From: an uncultured Spirochaetaceae bacterium
GTDB taxonomy: Bacteria > Spirochaetota > Spirochaetia > SZUA-6 > RPPD01
Length of the DNA: 56,721 nucleotides
Assembly (NCBI GenBank): GCA_964554445.1
Contig: CAZKOS010000003.1
Span: 13,399 to 70,119, forward strand
Direction: 5' to 3'
A model generated the notes under the pieces. It searched no databases and was not told where the DNA came from. It saw nothing but the letters and a program-made list of their open reading frames with translations. How positions within the stretch are numbered: the first letter of the stretch is position 1; every line of letters starts with the position of its first letter. The position numbers and the translations under genes were made by a program. This document shows positions 34,539-44,310 of the stretch, in pieces.

Positions 34539-34637
34539 CCGGGTCATTATACGGAGATTGTTTGGAGGTGTCAAATATCTCCACTCCCCTCCCGTTCCAG
34601 TCAAATATTTCCGATTTTTGACGATAATCACAGTATC

Positions 34638-35408
34638 ATGGCTAAAGGCCCCAGAGCGTCACTCGGTTGTCTTTTTTGGATCGCCATTTTTCTCCTGGCG
34701 GTGGTATTGTTCATTTTCAACCAGAACAATATCATGCAATTCATCAAGCGGTTTCAGGCCGGGAACGGAAAAATAACCTTCTCGCCCAATGTGGCGGTCG
34801 ACCCGCAGCCGTCGGCGTCCCCCTCGCCGTCCGCGAATCCCGGCGATCATGGGGGGGTAATCCTGGAGATTCCCTCGGCGACGCCCACCCCGGCTCGATC
34901 CGCCGGACCGAAAGACGCCGCGAAAACCGAGCCGGGCCCTTCGCCCTCGCCGTCGGCCTCCCCCTCGCCCGCCCCGGTCAAGAAGGACGTCCGGAATGCA
35001 AAGCTGTATTTTTTGACGAGAAAAGCGAACGATTCGATCGCGCTCGCCACCGTCAACCGGCAGGTGGTTCACGATAACGCCCCGTTGACGGGAACGCTGT
35101 CGGTGCTCCTCAAGGGACCGACTCCGAATGAAAAACGGTCGTCGATCATCTCCCTGATCCCGGAAGGCACGAAACTGGAGGACGTCTACGTCAAGGGAGA
35201 CACGGCCTACATCAGCTTCAACCAGGAGTTCAGGTATAACGATTACGGGGTGCCCGGGCTCATGGCCCAGCTCAAGCAGGTCGTGTATACCGCGACCGAA
35301 TTTTCCAATGTCGGAAAAGTTCAAATCCTGATCGACGGCAAGAAGGTCGAATATCTCGCTCAGGAGGGCGTGTACGTGGGAGCACCGCTGTCACGGAGCT
35401 CCTTCTAG
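34638..35408 (+). CDS. membrane-anchored GerMN-domain protein
   Basis: ATG at 34638. One TM (LGCLFWIAIFLLAVVLFIF), then a Pro/Ser/Ala linker. The GerMN pattern follows: AKLYFL...LSVLLKGPT...LIPEGTKLEDVYVKGDTAYISFNQEF...QVVYTATEFSNVGKVQILIDGKKV. Confidence 0.75.
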   Translation: MAKGPRASLGCLFWIAIFLLAVVLFIFNQNNIMQFIKRFQAGNGKITFSPNVAVDPQPSASPSPSANPGDHGGVILEIPSATPTPARSAGPKDAAKTEPGPSPSPSASPSPAPVKKDVRNAKLYFLTRKANDSIALATVNRQVVHDNAPLTGTLSVLLKGPTPNEKRSSIISLIPEGTKLEDVYVKGDTAYISFNQEFRYNDYGVPGLMAQLKQVVYTATEFSNVGKVQILIDGKKVEYLAQEGVYVGAPLSRSSF

Positions 35409-35429
35409 CGGGCCCGTGGCGGACAATTT

Positions 35430-36212
35430 TCATCCGCGGAAGAGCGACGTAATCAGACTTTCGGCTTCCCCGTCCGCGATCGTTTTTCGCAGCGTCAGCA
35501 GGAAAAAATACTCAATGTTCCCTTTTGTCCCCCGCAAGGGAGAAACCGCGGCTTTTTCCGGATAGACGCCTTCCGACTCAAGATCGGCCGCCAGGCGCAG
35601 GAGAATCTCAAGCCGTCGCCCGTCGTCGCGCACGATGCCGTCGTAATCGGGCGGCGGATCGAGCCATTCGAATTGCGGCTTGACGAGGGCGATCGCCTTT
35701 TCGTCGGTCGTCAGTTCGAGAACGTGGCGGGCCGCCCGGCGCAGGGACCGGAAGGAAAGGTCGATGACGGCCGCCTGCGGGGGCTCGGACAGGGAGGCGC
35801 GGGTCAGGTCCATGACGTTCGTCCGCTCCATGAGGTTGACGCGCGGGTCGTGCCGGAGACGGAAATCGAATTGGGAGTAGCCGACGTCGACCGAGTAGAC
35901 GCGGAGCGCTCCCTCCCGCAAGAGGCAGTCGGTGAATCCCCCCGTCGAGGCGCCGCAATCGAGAAAAACCTTCCCGCCGCATTCGAACCCGAAGGCCGCC
36001 AGGGCGCCGGCCAGTTTTTCTCCGCCGCGGGAGACGAACCCGGTTTTCCCCCTGATCTCAACCAGGTCGTGAACATCGCATTTGCGCGACGGGTCGCGAA
36101 CCCGCTCGCCATTGAGCCGGATCTCGCCGCACATGATGAACGCGTACAATTCTTTTTGGGAAATGGAGGGGAATCGTCGTTTCAGCAAAGCGAAAAGCGT
36201 CATGGTGCGCAT
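35430..36212 (-). CDS. tlyA: TlyA-family rRNA 2'-O-methyltransferase (S4 + FtsJ domains)
   Basis: VSRGGEKLAGAL, the SAM motif LDCGASTGGFTDCLL and VYSVDVGYSQ. Confidence 0.85.
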   Translation of the reverse strand: MRTMTLFALLKRRFPSISQKELYAFIMCGEIRLNGERVRDPSRKCDVHDLVEIRGKTGFVSRGGEKLAGALAAFGFECGGKVFLDCGASTGGFTDCLLREGALRVYSVDVGYSQFDFRLRHDPRVNLMERTNVMDLTRASLSEPPQAAVIDLSFRSLRRAARHVLELTTDEKAIALVKPQFEWLDPPPDYDGIVRDDGRRLEILLRLAADLESEGVYPEKAAVSPLRGTKGNIEYFFLLTLRKTIADGEAESLITSLFRG

Positions 36213-36284
36213 GTCCGTCGATCCGCCGTTCGGACGGCGTCCGGGCCGCGAAACGGCCGTCGTCCTTTCAATTCCTCGCCGGAG

Positions 36285-37091
36285 CTAGAGGGCCGATTTT
36301 TTCTGAAAACGCTCAAGGCCGATCGTTTTGCCGGAAACGGGATCGACTTCGATGACGATTCCCATCACGACCGCCGGTTTGTCTTCGATTTCCAGTTTGA
36401 GGGGCATCTGGGTGAGGGCCCGATCGAGGGCGATCTTGATCGACATGCCGATCACGCTTTCCGCCGGTCCGGTCATCCCGATGTCGGTGATGTATCCCGT
36501 CCCGCGGGGGAGCACCCTCTCGTCGGCCGTTTGGACGTGGGTGTGGGTCCCGAACAGGGCCGTTATCTCCCCGTCCAGATAGGTCGCCAGCGCTTCCTTC
36601 TCCTGAGACGATTCCGCGTGGAAATCGACGAAAATGATCGGACTTTCCTTCTTGAGTTTTTGAACGATTTCCCTGCCGACGGTAAAGGGACACCGCAGGC
36701 GGGACCGGTTGAGGCCTCCCTCGAGATTGAGGATACTCACCCTGCAATCCCGCACCGAGACGGTGCAGTGTCCCTTGCCCGGCACGACCTTCGGATAGTT
36801 TTCGGGCCGCAAGAGGCGGTTTTCGGCGTCGAGGGCCGGATAAATCGCCTTGTTTTTCCAGATATGGTTTCCGGAGGTGACGACGTCGGCCCCCGCCTCG
36901 AAAAATTCGGCGAGAACTTCGGGAGTCAGGCCGGAGCCTTCCACCGCGTTCTCGCCGTTGACGATCACCATGTCGGCGGCGAACTCGCGCTTGAGCGATT
37001 TCGCCATGGAAAACAGGGCCCGGCACCCGGACTGGCCGACGATGTCTCCGATGACGAGCGCGCGCAGCGTCGCGGCCTGCTTATCGGGCAT
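36285..37091 (-). CDS. ymdB: YmdB-family metallophosphoesterase (TIGR00282-like)
   Basis: LVIGDIVGQSG, VIVNGENAVEGSGLT, TSGNHIW, DFHAESSQEK and GTHTHVQTADERVLPRGTGYITDIGMTGP. Directly downstream of rny, as in Bacillus. Confidence 0.85.
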   Translation of the reverse strand: MPDKQAATLRALVIGDIVGQSGCRALFSMAKSLKREFAADMVIVNGENAVEGSGLTPEVLAEFFEAGADVVTSGNHIWKNKAIYPALDAENRLLRPENYPKVVPGKGHCTVSVRDCRVSILNLEGGLNRSRLRCPFTVGREIVQKLKKESPIIFVDFHAESSQEKEALATYLDGEITALFGTHTHVQTADERVLPRGTGYITDIGMTGPAESVIGMSIKIALDRALTQMPLKLEIEDKPAVVMGIVIEVDPVSGKTIGLERFQKKSAL

Positions 37092-38607
37092 ACTCGACGA
37101 TTCTCGTTTCCCGGATTATGGTCACCTTGATGCGCCCGGGATACTGGAGTTCGTTCTCGACTTTTTTGGCGATCTCCTTGGCCAGCATCTTGGTGTCCTC
37201 GTCGTTCACCTTCTCATTGTTCACCAGAATGCGCAACTCGCGGCCCGCCTGAATGGCGTAGGCCTTGTCGACGCCCGGAAACGATTCGGCTATTTTTTCA
37301 AGCGATTCGAGCCGCTTGATGTAATTTTCGAGCGTCTCCTTGCGGGCGCCCGGTCGCGCGGCGGAAATGGCGTCGGCGATCTGCACGATGATCGCTTCCA
37401 CGGTTTCCGGCTCCACGTCATTGTGGTGCGCCCCGATGGCGTTCACGACTTTCGGATCTTCGCCCATTTTCCGCGCCATTTCCATGCCGACTTCAGCGTG
37501 GTTGCCTTCGCTGTTGGTCTCGACGCCCTTGCCGATGTCGTGCAGCAGCGCCGCCCGCCTGGCGAGCTCCGAATCCGCCCCCAGCTCCGAGGCGATCATG
37601 CCGGCGATCAGCGCCACTTCCTTGGAATGGATGAGGACGTTCTGGCCGTAGCTGGTCCTGAAATTAAGGCGTCCCAGGGCCCGGATGATGTCGGGCGTGA
37701 TGTTATGGATGCCCAGTTCGAAAATCACGTGCTCGCCGCGCTCGTAGATTATCTGGTTGATTTCCTTCGAGACCTTTTGAACGATTTCTTCTATCCGCGC
37801 CGGATGAATGCGGCCGTCGGAAATAAGGCGTTCCAGAGCGATCCGCGCGGTTTCCTTGCGAATGGGATCGAAGCATGAAATCACGACCGCTTCCGGGGTA
37901 TCGTCGATGATGATGTCCACCCCCACGAGCGTTTCGAGGGTGCGGATATTGCGGCCTTCCCTTCCGATGATCCGGCCCTTCATTTCATCGTTCGGCAAGC
38001 TGACCGTCGCGACCGTCACTTCCGAGCTGATATCAGTGGCCATCCGTTGAATGGTCGTGATGACGATATCCCGCGCTTTTTTCTCAGCCGACAGTTGCGC
38101 CTCCTGCTCGATCCTGTTGATGAGCACTTGGGCGTCGTGCTTGGCCTCGTTTTCCATGCTTTGAATGAGGAGTTTTTTCGCATCGGCTGCGGAAAGACCG
38201 GAAAGATGTTCCAGTTCTTTCTTACACTTTTCCTGTTCTTCGAGGACCTTTTCTTCTCGTTCTACACACAGCCTCTCACGGCCTTGAAGCGATCTCTCCT
38301 GTTTCTCAAGAGAGCTCACTCTTTTTTCTAGGTTTTCTTCCTTCTGCAGGATTCGTCTTTCAAGATGCTGAATTTCAGCACGACGTTCTCTTGTTTCCTT
38401 TTCAAGTTGGCTTCGTTCCCGAATTAACTGATCTTTCGTTTCGAGAAGAAGCTCACGCTTCTTGGCTTCCGATTCCTTTACCGCATCCTGAATGATCCGT
38501 TTTGCACGCTGCTCTGAAGAAGTAACCTGTATTTTGGCATAAAGCCATCGTATTAACCAACCTAGAACAATACCGCCGAGAGGAAGAATGATGAATAATA
38601 TTTCCAT
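37081..38607 (-). CDS. rny: ribonuclease Y
   Basis: N-terminal TM, coiled coil, KH domain (MKGRIIGREGRNIRTLE) and HD domain (LLHDIGK...GAHH). 508 aa. Confidence 0.95.
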   Translation of the reverse strand: MEILFIILPLGGIVLGWLIRWLYAKIQVTSSEQRAKRIIQDAVKESEAKKRELLLETKDQLIRERSQLEKETRERRAEIQHLERRILQKEENLEKRVSSLEKQERSLQGRERLCVEREEKVLEEQEKCKKELEHLSGLSAADAKKLLIQSMENEAKHDAQVLINRIEQEAQLSAEKKARDIVITTIQRMATDISSEVTVATVSLPNDEMKGRIIGREGRNIRTLETLVGVDIIIDDTPEAVVISCFDPIRKETARIALERLISDGRIHPARIEEIVQKVSKEINQIIYERGEHVIFELGIHNITPDIIRALGRLNFRTSYGQNVLIHSKEVALIAGMIASELGADSELARRAALLHDIGKGVETNSEGNHAEVGMEMARKMGEDPKVVNAIGAHHNDVEPETVEAIIVQIADAISAARPGARKETLENYIKRLESLEKIAESFPGVDKAYAIQAGRELRILVNNEKVNDEDTKMLAKEIAKKVENELQYPGRIKVTIIRETRIVEYAR

Positions 38608-38634
38608 TTCTTCCCCCTTGCATTAGCTATAATA

Positions 38635-38662
38635 AGTATACTTTTTAGCACAATTAAGTCAA
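38635..38662 (-). promoter_or_regulatory. candidate sigma70-type promoter of rny-ymdB
   Basis: - strand TTGACT (38662-38657), 16-nt spacer, TATACT (38640-38635), about 27 nt upstream of the rny ATG. Confidence 0.5.
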
Positions 38663-38717
38663 GATGTTTTGTGTATCAAAATGATCAAAAGAGGGATGCC
38701 GGCGGGTGACAGCGCGA

Positions 38718-41435
38718 TCAGTCCCGGGATTTTGAGAGAATCACGTCAATTTTTTTCATAAATGTCTCCAAATTCGCGACGCCTTCGTTCTCGGTCATGC
38801 CGAAGAACAAATATGCGTCTTTGTGCTCGATGGTGGCCGGGAAGAACACCGCGGAGCGAATGAATTTCACGTCGTCGCTGGACAGGCGGCTGGTGAATAA
38901 TTTTTGATCCCTGAAAACGTCTTTGATGATAATGATGTTTCTCCCGCTGAAATATTCCTGGTAGAGGGCTTCGTCTTTGGCAAAGGTGAAAAGATGGGCG
39001 CTCCGTGAGGTCACGCCGATCGCCATGGCCACCTTGAGCCCCGCGTCGTCGGTGAACAGAATGGAACTGACGGCTTTGGCTTTTTTTATCAACTCGCCGA
39101 TCGCGTAAATCATCACTTTGTCGGTGACCTGGTGGGCGAAGGATTCCATGTAGGCGTCCAGATCCATCCCCCGCCCCGTGAGCGGCATTTTCCGTTGCTG
39201 GGGGTTGCTCTTCCTGGAAAGGGAGATATTTTCCTGAATTTGCTTTTTCTCCGCGTCCGCCAGGATTTCCTTATTCCCGTATAATTCGTCAATACTGGAT
39301 ATCGAGACCTGTTGACGGTCCAGAAGGGATTGGGCGAGCGCTTTCAAGCCTTTCAGTTTTTGAACGGGTCTGGCGCTCGCATACAACGCTTCATTGATGG
39401 TGTACACGCCGTTGCGCATGATGATGTTCGAAGGAGTCTGTTCCGCGATCTTTTGAGCGTCCTTGACGCTGAAAACACTGATGTCGCCTTTTTTGATGGA
39501 CGTCTCAAAGACGGAAAACGCGTCAATGAGGTTGATATTCGGCTTTTTTTCGAGATCGACCGCCTGGAGTTCCTCCAGTTCCTCAAAGGGTAAGGGCGGC
39601 AGTTCGGCTATTTCCGAAACAATGTTGAGATACTCGATCTCTTCCGCGCCGCGTCCCGCATCACTGGATCGAGTCGCCGGGGACCGCTCGGTTTCCGATA
39701 CCGGCGCCTCCTCCCGGGGAAGTTTCATTTCGCCGGCGGCGGAGCGGGCCGCCGGTGCGGGCTCGGGGGAAGTGATCTCTTCCTCGATGGGTTCGAGTTC
39801 CAGGATTTCATCTTCGCCGGCAGCGGTCACCGGGACGCTCTCCGGGGCGGTTGCTGAATCAGTCGCCAAGGCAGTCTCGGGAAGAGGTTCGGCGGGAAGT
39901 TCCTCGAGCGCAGCGATTTCTTCCAGGTCCTCCGACGCCGAGCCGCCCGGAACCGACGGTTCGACCGGCTGCGCTTCCGCGGCCGGTTCGATTTCTTCAA
40001 GTTCCTCAAGTTCCGGGATTTCTTCACTCGTCGCCGGTTTCTCGATGGTCGATGCCGCGCTCGTCTCGGCGCGCGCTTCCGACTGAGCCGGCCGGATGCT
40101 TCCCGCGGAACCGATGGCGCGCTGGGCGGCGGGGGCTATGAAAACGCGGCCTTCCTCGAGGACCTTGCGAAGAAGCATCTCGATTTTTGAAAGATCGTTT
40201 TCAGGTTGTTTCTGAACCTTGCTCTTGATGATGGAAACAACCTCGTTCCAGCTGCCGATGATGTACGAATCGATTTCGGCTTCTTTCGACGAGGTGATCT
40301 TCTTCAGACCTTTTTTCATGTAGCGCTTGACTTCGTCGCGCCGTGTATCGATTTCTTTCTGCCAGCGGGAGAGATCGAGCCGGTCCTTATTCTCAAAAAA
40401 AGCCTTGAGGAATTCGACCTGGAATTTATGCATCCGGGTCGCCACGACTTTGATCGGGTCCTGCTTCACATTGGTGATGAGGAGGATGATGAGAAAGACG
40501 GTGACGTAGAAAACGCCCAGGATGAGAATCTTATCGAACATCCCCATCTCGAAACGCCGGGCCGGAAAAAGAACGCCCACATAGCCGTTCGAATCGAGGG
40601 CGACGGAAAAGAGGGCGAGGTTATCGGGCACGTCCGAAATTTTCAACAAGGTCTGAGACACGGTATTTTGTCCGGCGCTCTTCCAGACCGCCAGGCAGTC
40701 GGACTCAAGCGACGTCAGGCCCGGCGAGGGCTGCGAGAGAGCGATCGCCCCGGAGGTATCGATCAGCAGTCCCGCGTCGCCCAAAATCACAAAACCGCGA
40801 AATGTCGTTCCCTGACGGATGAAGAGCTCGTTTTCCAGTGCTTCGCGCTTCATGGAGAAGAGGGCGGCACCGTACGCTTTCCCGGAAGCATCCCTCACCT
40901 CCAGGGCGAATACGACCTCTTGCCGCGCGCCGTCCCAGAGGAGACGAGGCAGGGATGCGCCCGGCGAGAAAAGAGAACCAACGGCCGCCGGCCGCTCCGT
41001 CTGGTCGAGGTTTTTGTAGGTGATGCGGTTAACGGAACGGGAGGCGATGTCGCTCTCGAGAGTGCTGTAATGGATATGAGTGCCGGTTGTGTCGATCAGT
41101 CGTACGCTTACCAGCTGAGGATATTCCTGAAGGAGACTGCTGAACGTAAGGCGCCGTTCGTTGATGTCCGAATCGAGCTGGCGGCTGGAAAAAGCCCTCC
41201 AGACAAAATCCTTTTGGACAATGGGTTGAAAACGATCGATCGTGTTCCGGACGTAATCGTTTATCCGTTTGGAAAATGAAAGCGTGTCATGCTCGGCCCC
41301 GGCTTTCAGGTTCGGATAATATATGCCCGTTTCGATCAGGGGGAAAAGCCGGGTGAAGGAAAAAAAGGTGAACACCGCGCTGATGACAAGAGATAAAAGA
41401 AGACTGAGGAGGACTTTGACGCTGCGTCTCACCAT
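38718..41435 (-). CDS. large hypothetical membrane protein (TM - periplasmic sensor-like domain - TM - coiled coil - acidic repeat region - GAF-like C-terminus)
   Basis: 905 aa. TM helices at res ~8-30 and ~303-322. Res 31-300 have Cache/PDC-like strand patterns (VSVRLIDTTGTHIHYS, VVFALEVRDASGKAYGAALFSM, FVILGDAGLLIDTSG). Res 450-630 are acidic and low-complexity. The C-terminal ~170 aa are GAF-like (ILFTDDAGLKVAMAIGV, IRSAVFFPATIEHKDAYLFFGM). No enzymatic output domain recognised. Confidence 0.7.
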   Translation of the reverse strand: MVRRSVKVLLSLLLSLVISAVFTFFSFTRLFPLIETGIYYPNLKAGAEHDTLSFSKRINDYVRNTIDRFQPIVQKDFVWRAFSSRQLDSDINERRLTFSSLLQEYPQLVSVRLIDTTGTHIHYSTLESDIASRSVNRITYKNLDQTERPAAVGSLFSPGASLPRLLWDGARQEVVFALEVRDASGKAYGAALFSMKREALENELFIRQGTTFRGFVILGDAGLLIDTSGAIALSQPSPGLTSLESDCLAVWKSAGQNTVSQTLLKISDVPDNLALFSVALDSNGYVGVLFPARRFEMGMFDKILILGVFYVTVFLIILLITNVKQDPIKVVATRMHKFQVEFLKAFFENKDRLDLSRWQKEIDTRRDEVKRYMKKGLKKITSSKEAEIDSYIIGSWNEVVSIIKSKVQKQPENDLSKIEMLLRKVLEEGRVFIAPAAQRAIGSAGSIRPAQSEARAETSAASTIEKPATSEEIPELEELEEIEPAAEAQPVEPSVPGGSASEDLEEIAALEELPAEPLPETALATDSATAPESVPVTAAGEDEILELEPIEEEITSPEPAPAARSAAGEMKLPREEAPVSETERSPATRSSDAGRGAEEIEYLNIVSEIAELPPLPFEELEELQAVDLEKKPNINLIDAFSVFETSIKKGDISVFSVKDAQKIAEQTPSNIIMRNGVYTINEALYASARPVQKLKGLKALAQSLLDRQQVSISSIDELYGNKEILADAEKKQIQENISLSRKSNPQQRKMPLTGRGMDLDAYMESFAHQVTDKVMIYAIGELIKKAKAVSSILFTDDAGLKVAMAIGVTSRSAHLFTFAKDEALYQEYFSGRNIIIIKDVFRDQKLFTSRLSSDDVKFIRSAVFFPATIEHKDAYLFFGMTENEGVANLETFMKKIDVILSKSRD

Positions 41436-41471
41436 ACTTATCTCAAATCGGATTTATTCCTTTCAGATTCA

Positions 41472-42140
41472 TTATCGGCCGCTGAAGTTGAAAAAAACAT
41501 AATTTAGTATAAGCAAAATGATGTTGGCGAACAAGATGCCGCCGAGCAAAAATACCGATCGGATCCGGATTTTTCCGGGCCTGCTCCGCCGGGAGGCGGC
41601 TTTTCCCAACGTTGCGGCGGTCAGCAGGAGGCGATCGATATCTTTCCAAAGGGTTTTTACCCTGAGCGTTCTTATTTCATTCGTAAAAAAGTCGAAGTAC
41701 AGGAATACCTTGCCGAGGAAGGAACCCGTCCGTCCGTGAAAGGACAGCGTCGGACCGATCAGCGATTTCGACATGTAAAAAAGGGTGACGATGGTGAGCC
41801 CGCGGGCGATCCCGGTCTCGAGGGCGCCGTCGGTAACGGGATGGCCGAACACGGTGAAGAGCGCCTTCCCTTCGACCGTGGTGAGATTGAAGAGCACGAT
41901 GAATGAAAAAACGACGATCGTTCCGAGGAGATATCGTTTTTTTTTCGTAAGCCAAACAAGCCCGCAGAAAAAAATGAATTGGACGAGTTTGATATAGAGT
42001 GCGTCGGCCAGGACGATCGTAACGGCCAGGCACAGGCAATAGCCGAATAAAAAAAAAGAAGATATGTCTCCCGTAAAGAGAACATATCTTCCGTCATTTC
42101 CCGATCGGGCGTCGTGTCTCAATGACTTCGCTTTTTCCAA
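41472..42140 (-). CDS. hypothetical polytopic membrane protein (weakly CbiQ/EcfT-like)
   Basis: 222 aa, about 5 hydrophobic segments. The only in-frame start is TTG at 42140, abutting the rplQ stop (TGATTG). The EcfT idea rests on position after rplQ and on a loose resemblance at VTDGALETGIARGLTIVTLFYMSKSL. Confidence 0.5.
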   Translation of the reverse strand: MEKAKSLRHDARSGNDGRYVLFTGDISSFFLFGYCLCLAVTIVLADALYIKLVQFIFFCGLVWLTKKKRYLLGTIVVFSFIVLFNLTTVEGKALFTVFGHPVTDGALETGIARGLTIVTLFYMSKSLIGPTLSFHGRTGSFLGKVFLYFDFFTNEIRTLRVKTLWKDIDRLLLTAATLGKAASRRSRPGKIRIRSVFLLGGILFANIILLILNYVFFNFSGR

Positions 42141-42557
42141 TCAGTCCTTTTTGGCCTGGGCTTCCTTGGCCGGAGTCTTTTTGGCTTTTTTCGGTTTGAT
42201 CTTTCTGTCGATCAGCTCGAGAAAAACCATTTCCGATGCGTCCGTGATGCGTGGTTGCAGCTTCAGAATTCTCGTGTATCCGCCGGGACGCTCCTTGTAG
42301 CGGGGCGCGATGTCGGTGAATAATTTTTTGACCACGCTGCGCTGCGTGATTTTGGCGCCAACGATGCGGCGATTATGTACGTTGTCGACCTTCGCCCGGG
42401 TGATGATTTTTTCGGCTTTTTGCCGCACGGCGCGCGCCTTGGCTTTCGTCGTTCTGATTCTCTCGAATTTGAAAAGCGAGGTGACCATGTTGCGGATCAT
42501 GGCCTTCCGGTGCCCCGCTTTCTTGCTTAATTTATTGAGTGCGACCCTATGCTTCAT
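42141..42557 (-). CDS. rplQ: 50S ribosomal protein L17
   Basis: [24 protein letters not shown] and [14 protein letters not shown] at 42557 overlaps the rpoA 3' end by 11 nt. Lys-rich C-terminal tail. Confidence 0.9.
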   Translation of the reverse strand: MKHRVALNKLSKKAGHRKAMIRNMVTSLFKFERIRTTKAKARAVRQKAEKIITRAKVDNVHNRRIVGAKITQRSVVKKLFTDIAPRYKERPGGYTRILKLQPRITDASEMVFLELIDRKIKPKKAKKTPAKEAQAKKD

Positions 42558-43653
42558 CTTCGTCTTCCTTCTCGTACTCTTCTTCGTCGACCGCTTCATC
42601 CATCTCGTGAGCCGGAGGGGATTCTTTTACCTTGAGCGACAATTTGCGCAGGGAGCTGAAATCCTTCATGCCGAGCTTCAGTCCCCATTCTTTGAGTTTG
42701 TCCTTGATCTCCTGAAGCGATTTCTTTCCGAAATTCCTCGTCTTGGATATCTCCTCTTCGGTTTTTTGCGTGAGATCGCCGATGGTCCTGATATTGGCGT
42801 TTTTCAGGCAATTCGAGGAACGAACCGAGAGCTCCAACTCTTCGATGGGCGTATCCAGAATGGCGCGGATCTTGCGTTCTTCCTCATCCGCTTCCTCGTC
42901 TTCCCTGATGCTCTCCTCGTCGAAATTGATGAAAATGGTAAAATGATCCTTTGCGATTTTCGCGGCCTCGGCGAGCGCGTCTTCCGGCTTGATGGTGCCG
43001 TCGGTCCATAACTCGAAAATGAGCTTGTCGTAATCGGCTCTCTGCCCCACGCGGGTGCCCTTGATTTCATAACGGGCCTTGAGAATCGGCGAAAAGATGG
43101 CGTCCATGGGTATCGTCCCGACGATATCGATGCACTGTTCGTTCCTCTCCGCGGGAACGTAGCCGCGGCCCAGGTTGATCTGCAGCTCGATGTCAAAATG
43201 AGCGTCGGAAGCGAGGGTGGCGATGAAAAGATCCTTGTTCAGGACCTTAACGCCTTCCTCCACTTCAAGGTCGCCGGCCGTAAAATTACCCGCTCCCTTT
43301 TTCGAAACGATGATCGTCTTTTCCTCGATCTCGTCATCGAGAAGCAAACGGACGTGCTTGAGATTGCTCAGGACCTGCGGCGTATCTTCGGATACTCCCG
43401 GTATAAGCTCGAATCCGCTCGAGATGATATGCGGTTTGCCGTCCTTGGAATAACTCGTAATGTGCACTGCCGTGATCGCATATCCCTGGAGCGAAGAAAT
43501 GAGGATACGGCGGAGCGTGTTGCCCACGGTGGTGCCGAATCCCCTCTCGAACGGGTACGCGATAAACTTGCCATAGTTTTTGCTGATTTCACTATGCTCG
43601 AAGTTTATCCCCTTAGGCCTCTTGAATCCCTTTAAAAGATTCCTTCTTGCCAT
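42547..43653 (-). CDS. rpoA: DNA-directed RNA polymerase subunit alpha
   Basis: [28 protein letters not shown], and the [25 protein letters not shown]. Acidic C-terminal tail. Confidence 0.95.
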   Translation of the reverse strand: MARRNLLKGFKRPKGINFEHSEISKNYGKFIAYPFERGFGTTVGNTLRRILISSLQGYAITAVHITSYSKDGKPHIISSGFELIPGVSEDTPQVLSNLKHVRLLLDDEIEEKTIIVSKKGAGNFTAGDLEVEEGVKVLNKDLFIATLASDAHFDIELQINLGRGYVPAERNEQCIDIVGTIPMDAIFSPILKARYEIKGTRVGQRADYDKLIFELWTDGTIKPEDALAEAAKIAKDHFTIFINFDEESIREDEEADEEERKIRAILDTPIEELELSVRSSNCLKNANIRTIGDLTQKTEEEISKTRNFGKKSLQEIKDKLKEWGLKLGMKDFSSLRKLSLKVKESPPAHEMDEAVDEEEYEKEDEDEA

Positions 43654-43662
43654 TACTGCTCC

Positions 43663-44298
43663 TTATTTTGAATATAACTCGACAATGAGTTGCTCGTTGA
43701 TATCCCGCATGTCCATCAGGTCGTTGCGCCGCGGTATTGCTTTCACGGTCCCGCGCACGTTATCCGCGTCGACGTCCAGCCAGGGAACCACGCCGGCGCT
43801 TGTAAATTCCTTCAAGCCTTCCTTGATGACGGTCAGGTTCCTGCTTTTGTCGCAGATTGAAATCTCGTCGTCCTGTTTCACCAGGTACGACGGGATGTCG
43901 ATTTTCTTTTTGTTCACCAACACGTGTCCGTGCCTCACGATCTGGCGCGCCTGCTTTCTCGAGGAGCTGAAATGCATCCGATAGACGATATTGTCGAGGC
44001 GCCGCTCCAGGAGCCCGAACAAATTCTCACCCGTCACGCCTTTCATCCGCGCGGCCTTCACAAAGTAGATTTTGAATTGTTTCTCGAGGAGACAATAAAT
44101 CCGCTTCAATTTCTGTTTTTCGCGCAACTGAATTCCGTAATCCGATACTTTTCTTGAACGGGCCCGCGGTCCCTTGCCGGGAGCGCCTTTCTTTTTCTGA
44201 ATGGGGCATTTGTCGCTCTTGCAGCGTTCGCCCTTGAGAAATAATTTCATTTTCTCCGCCCGGCAAAGTCTGCAATTCGGTCTGATATATCGTGCCAT
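43663..44298 (-). CDS. rpsD: 30S ribosomal protein S4
   Basis: MARYIRPNCRLCRAE...CKSDKC zinc-type N-terminus, YGIQLREKQKLKR, and the S4 RNA-binding domain RLDNIVYR. Confidence 0.95.
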   Translation of the reverse strand: MARYIRPNCRLCRAEKMKLFLKGERCKSDKCPIQKKKGAPGKGPRARSRKVSDYGIQLREKQKLKRIYCLLEKQFKIYFVKAARMKGVTGENLFGLLERRLDNIVYRMHFSSSRKQARQIVRHGHVLVNKKKIDIPSYLVKQDDEISICDKSRNLTVIKEGLKEFTSAGVVPWLDVDADNVRGTVKAIPRRNDLMDMRDINEQLIVELYSK

Positions 44299-44310
44299 GA
44301 CTTTTCCTTT

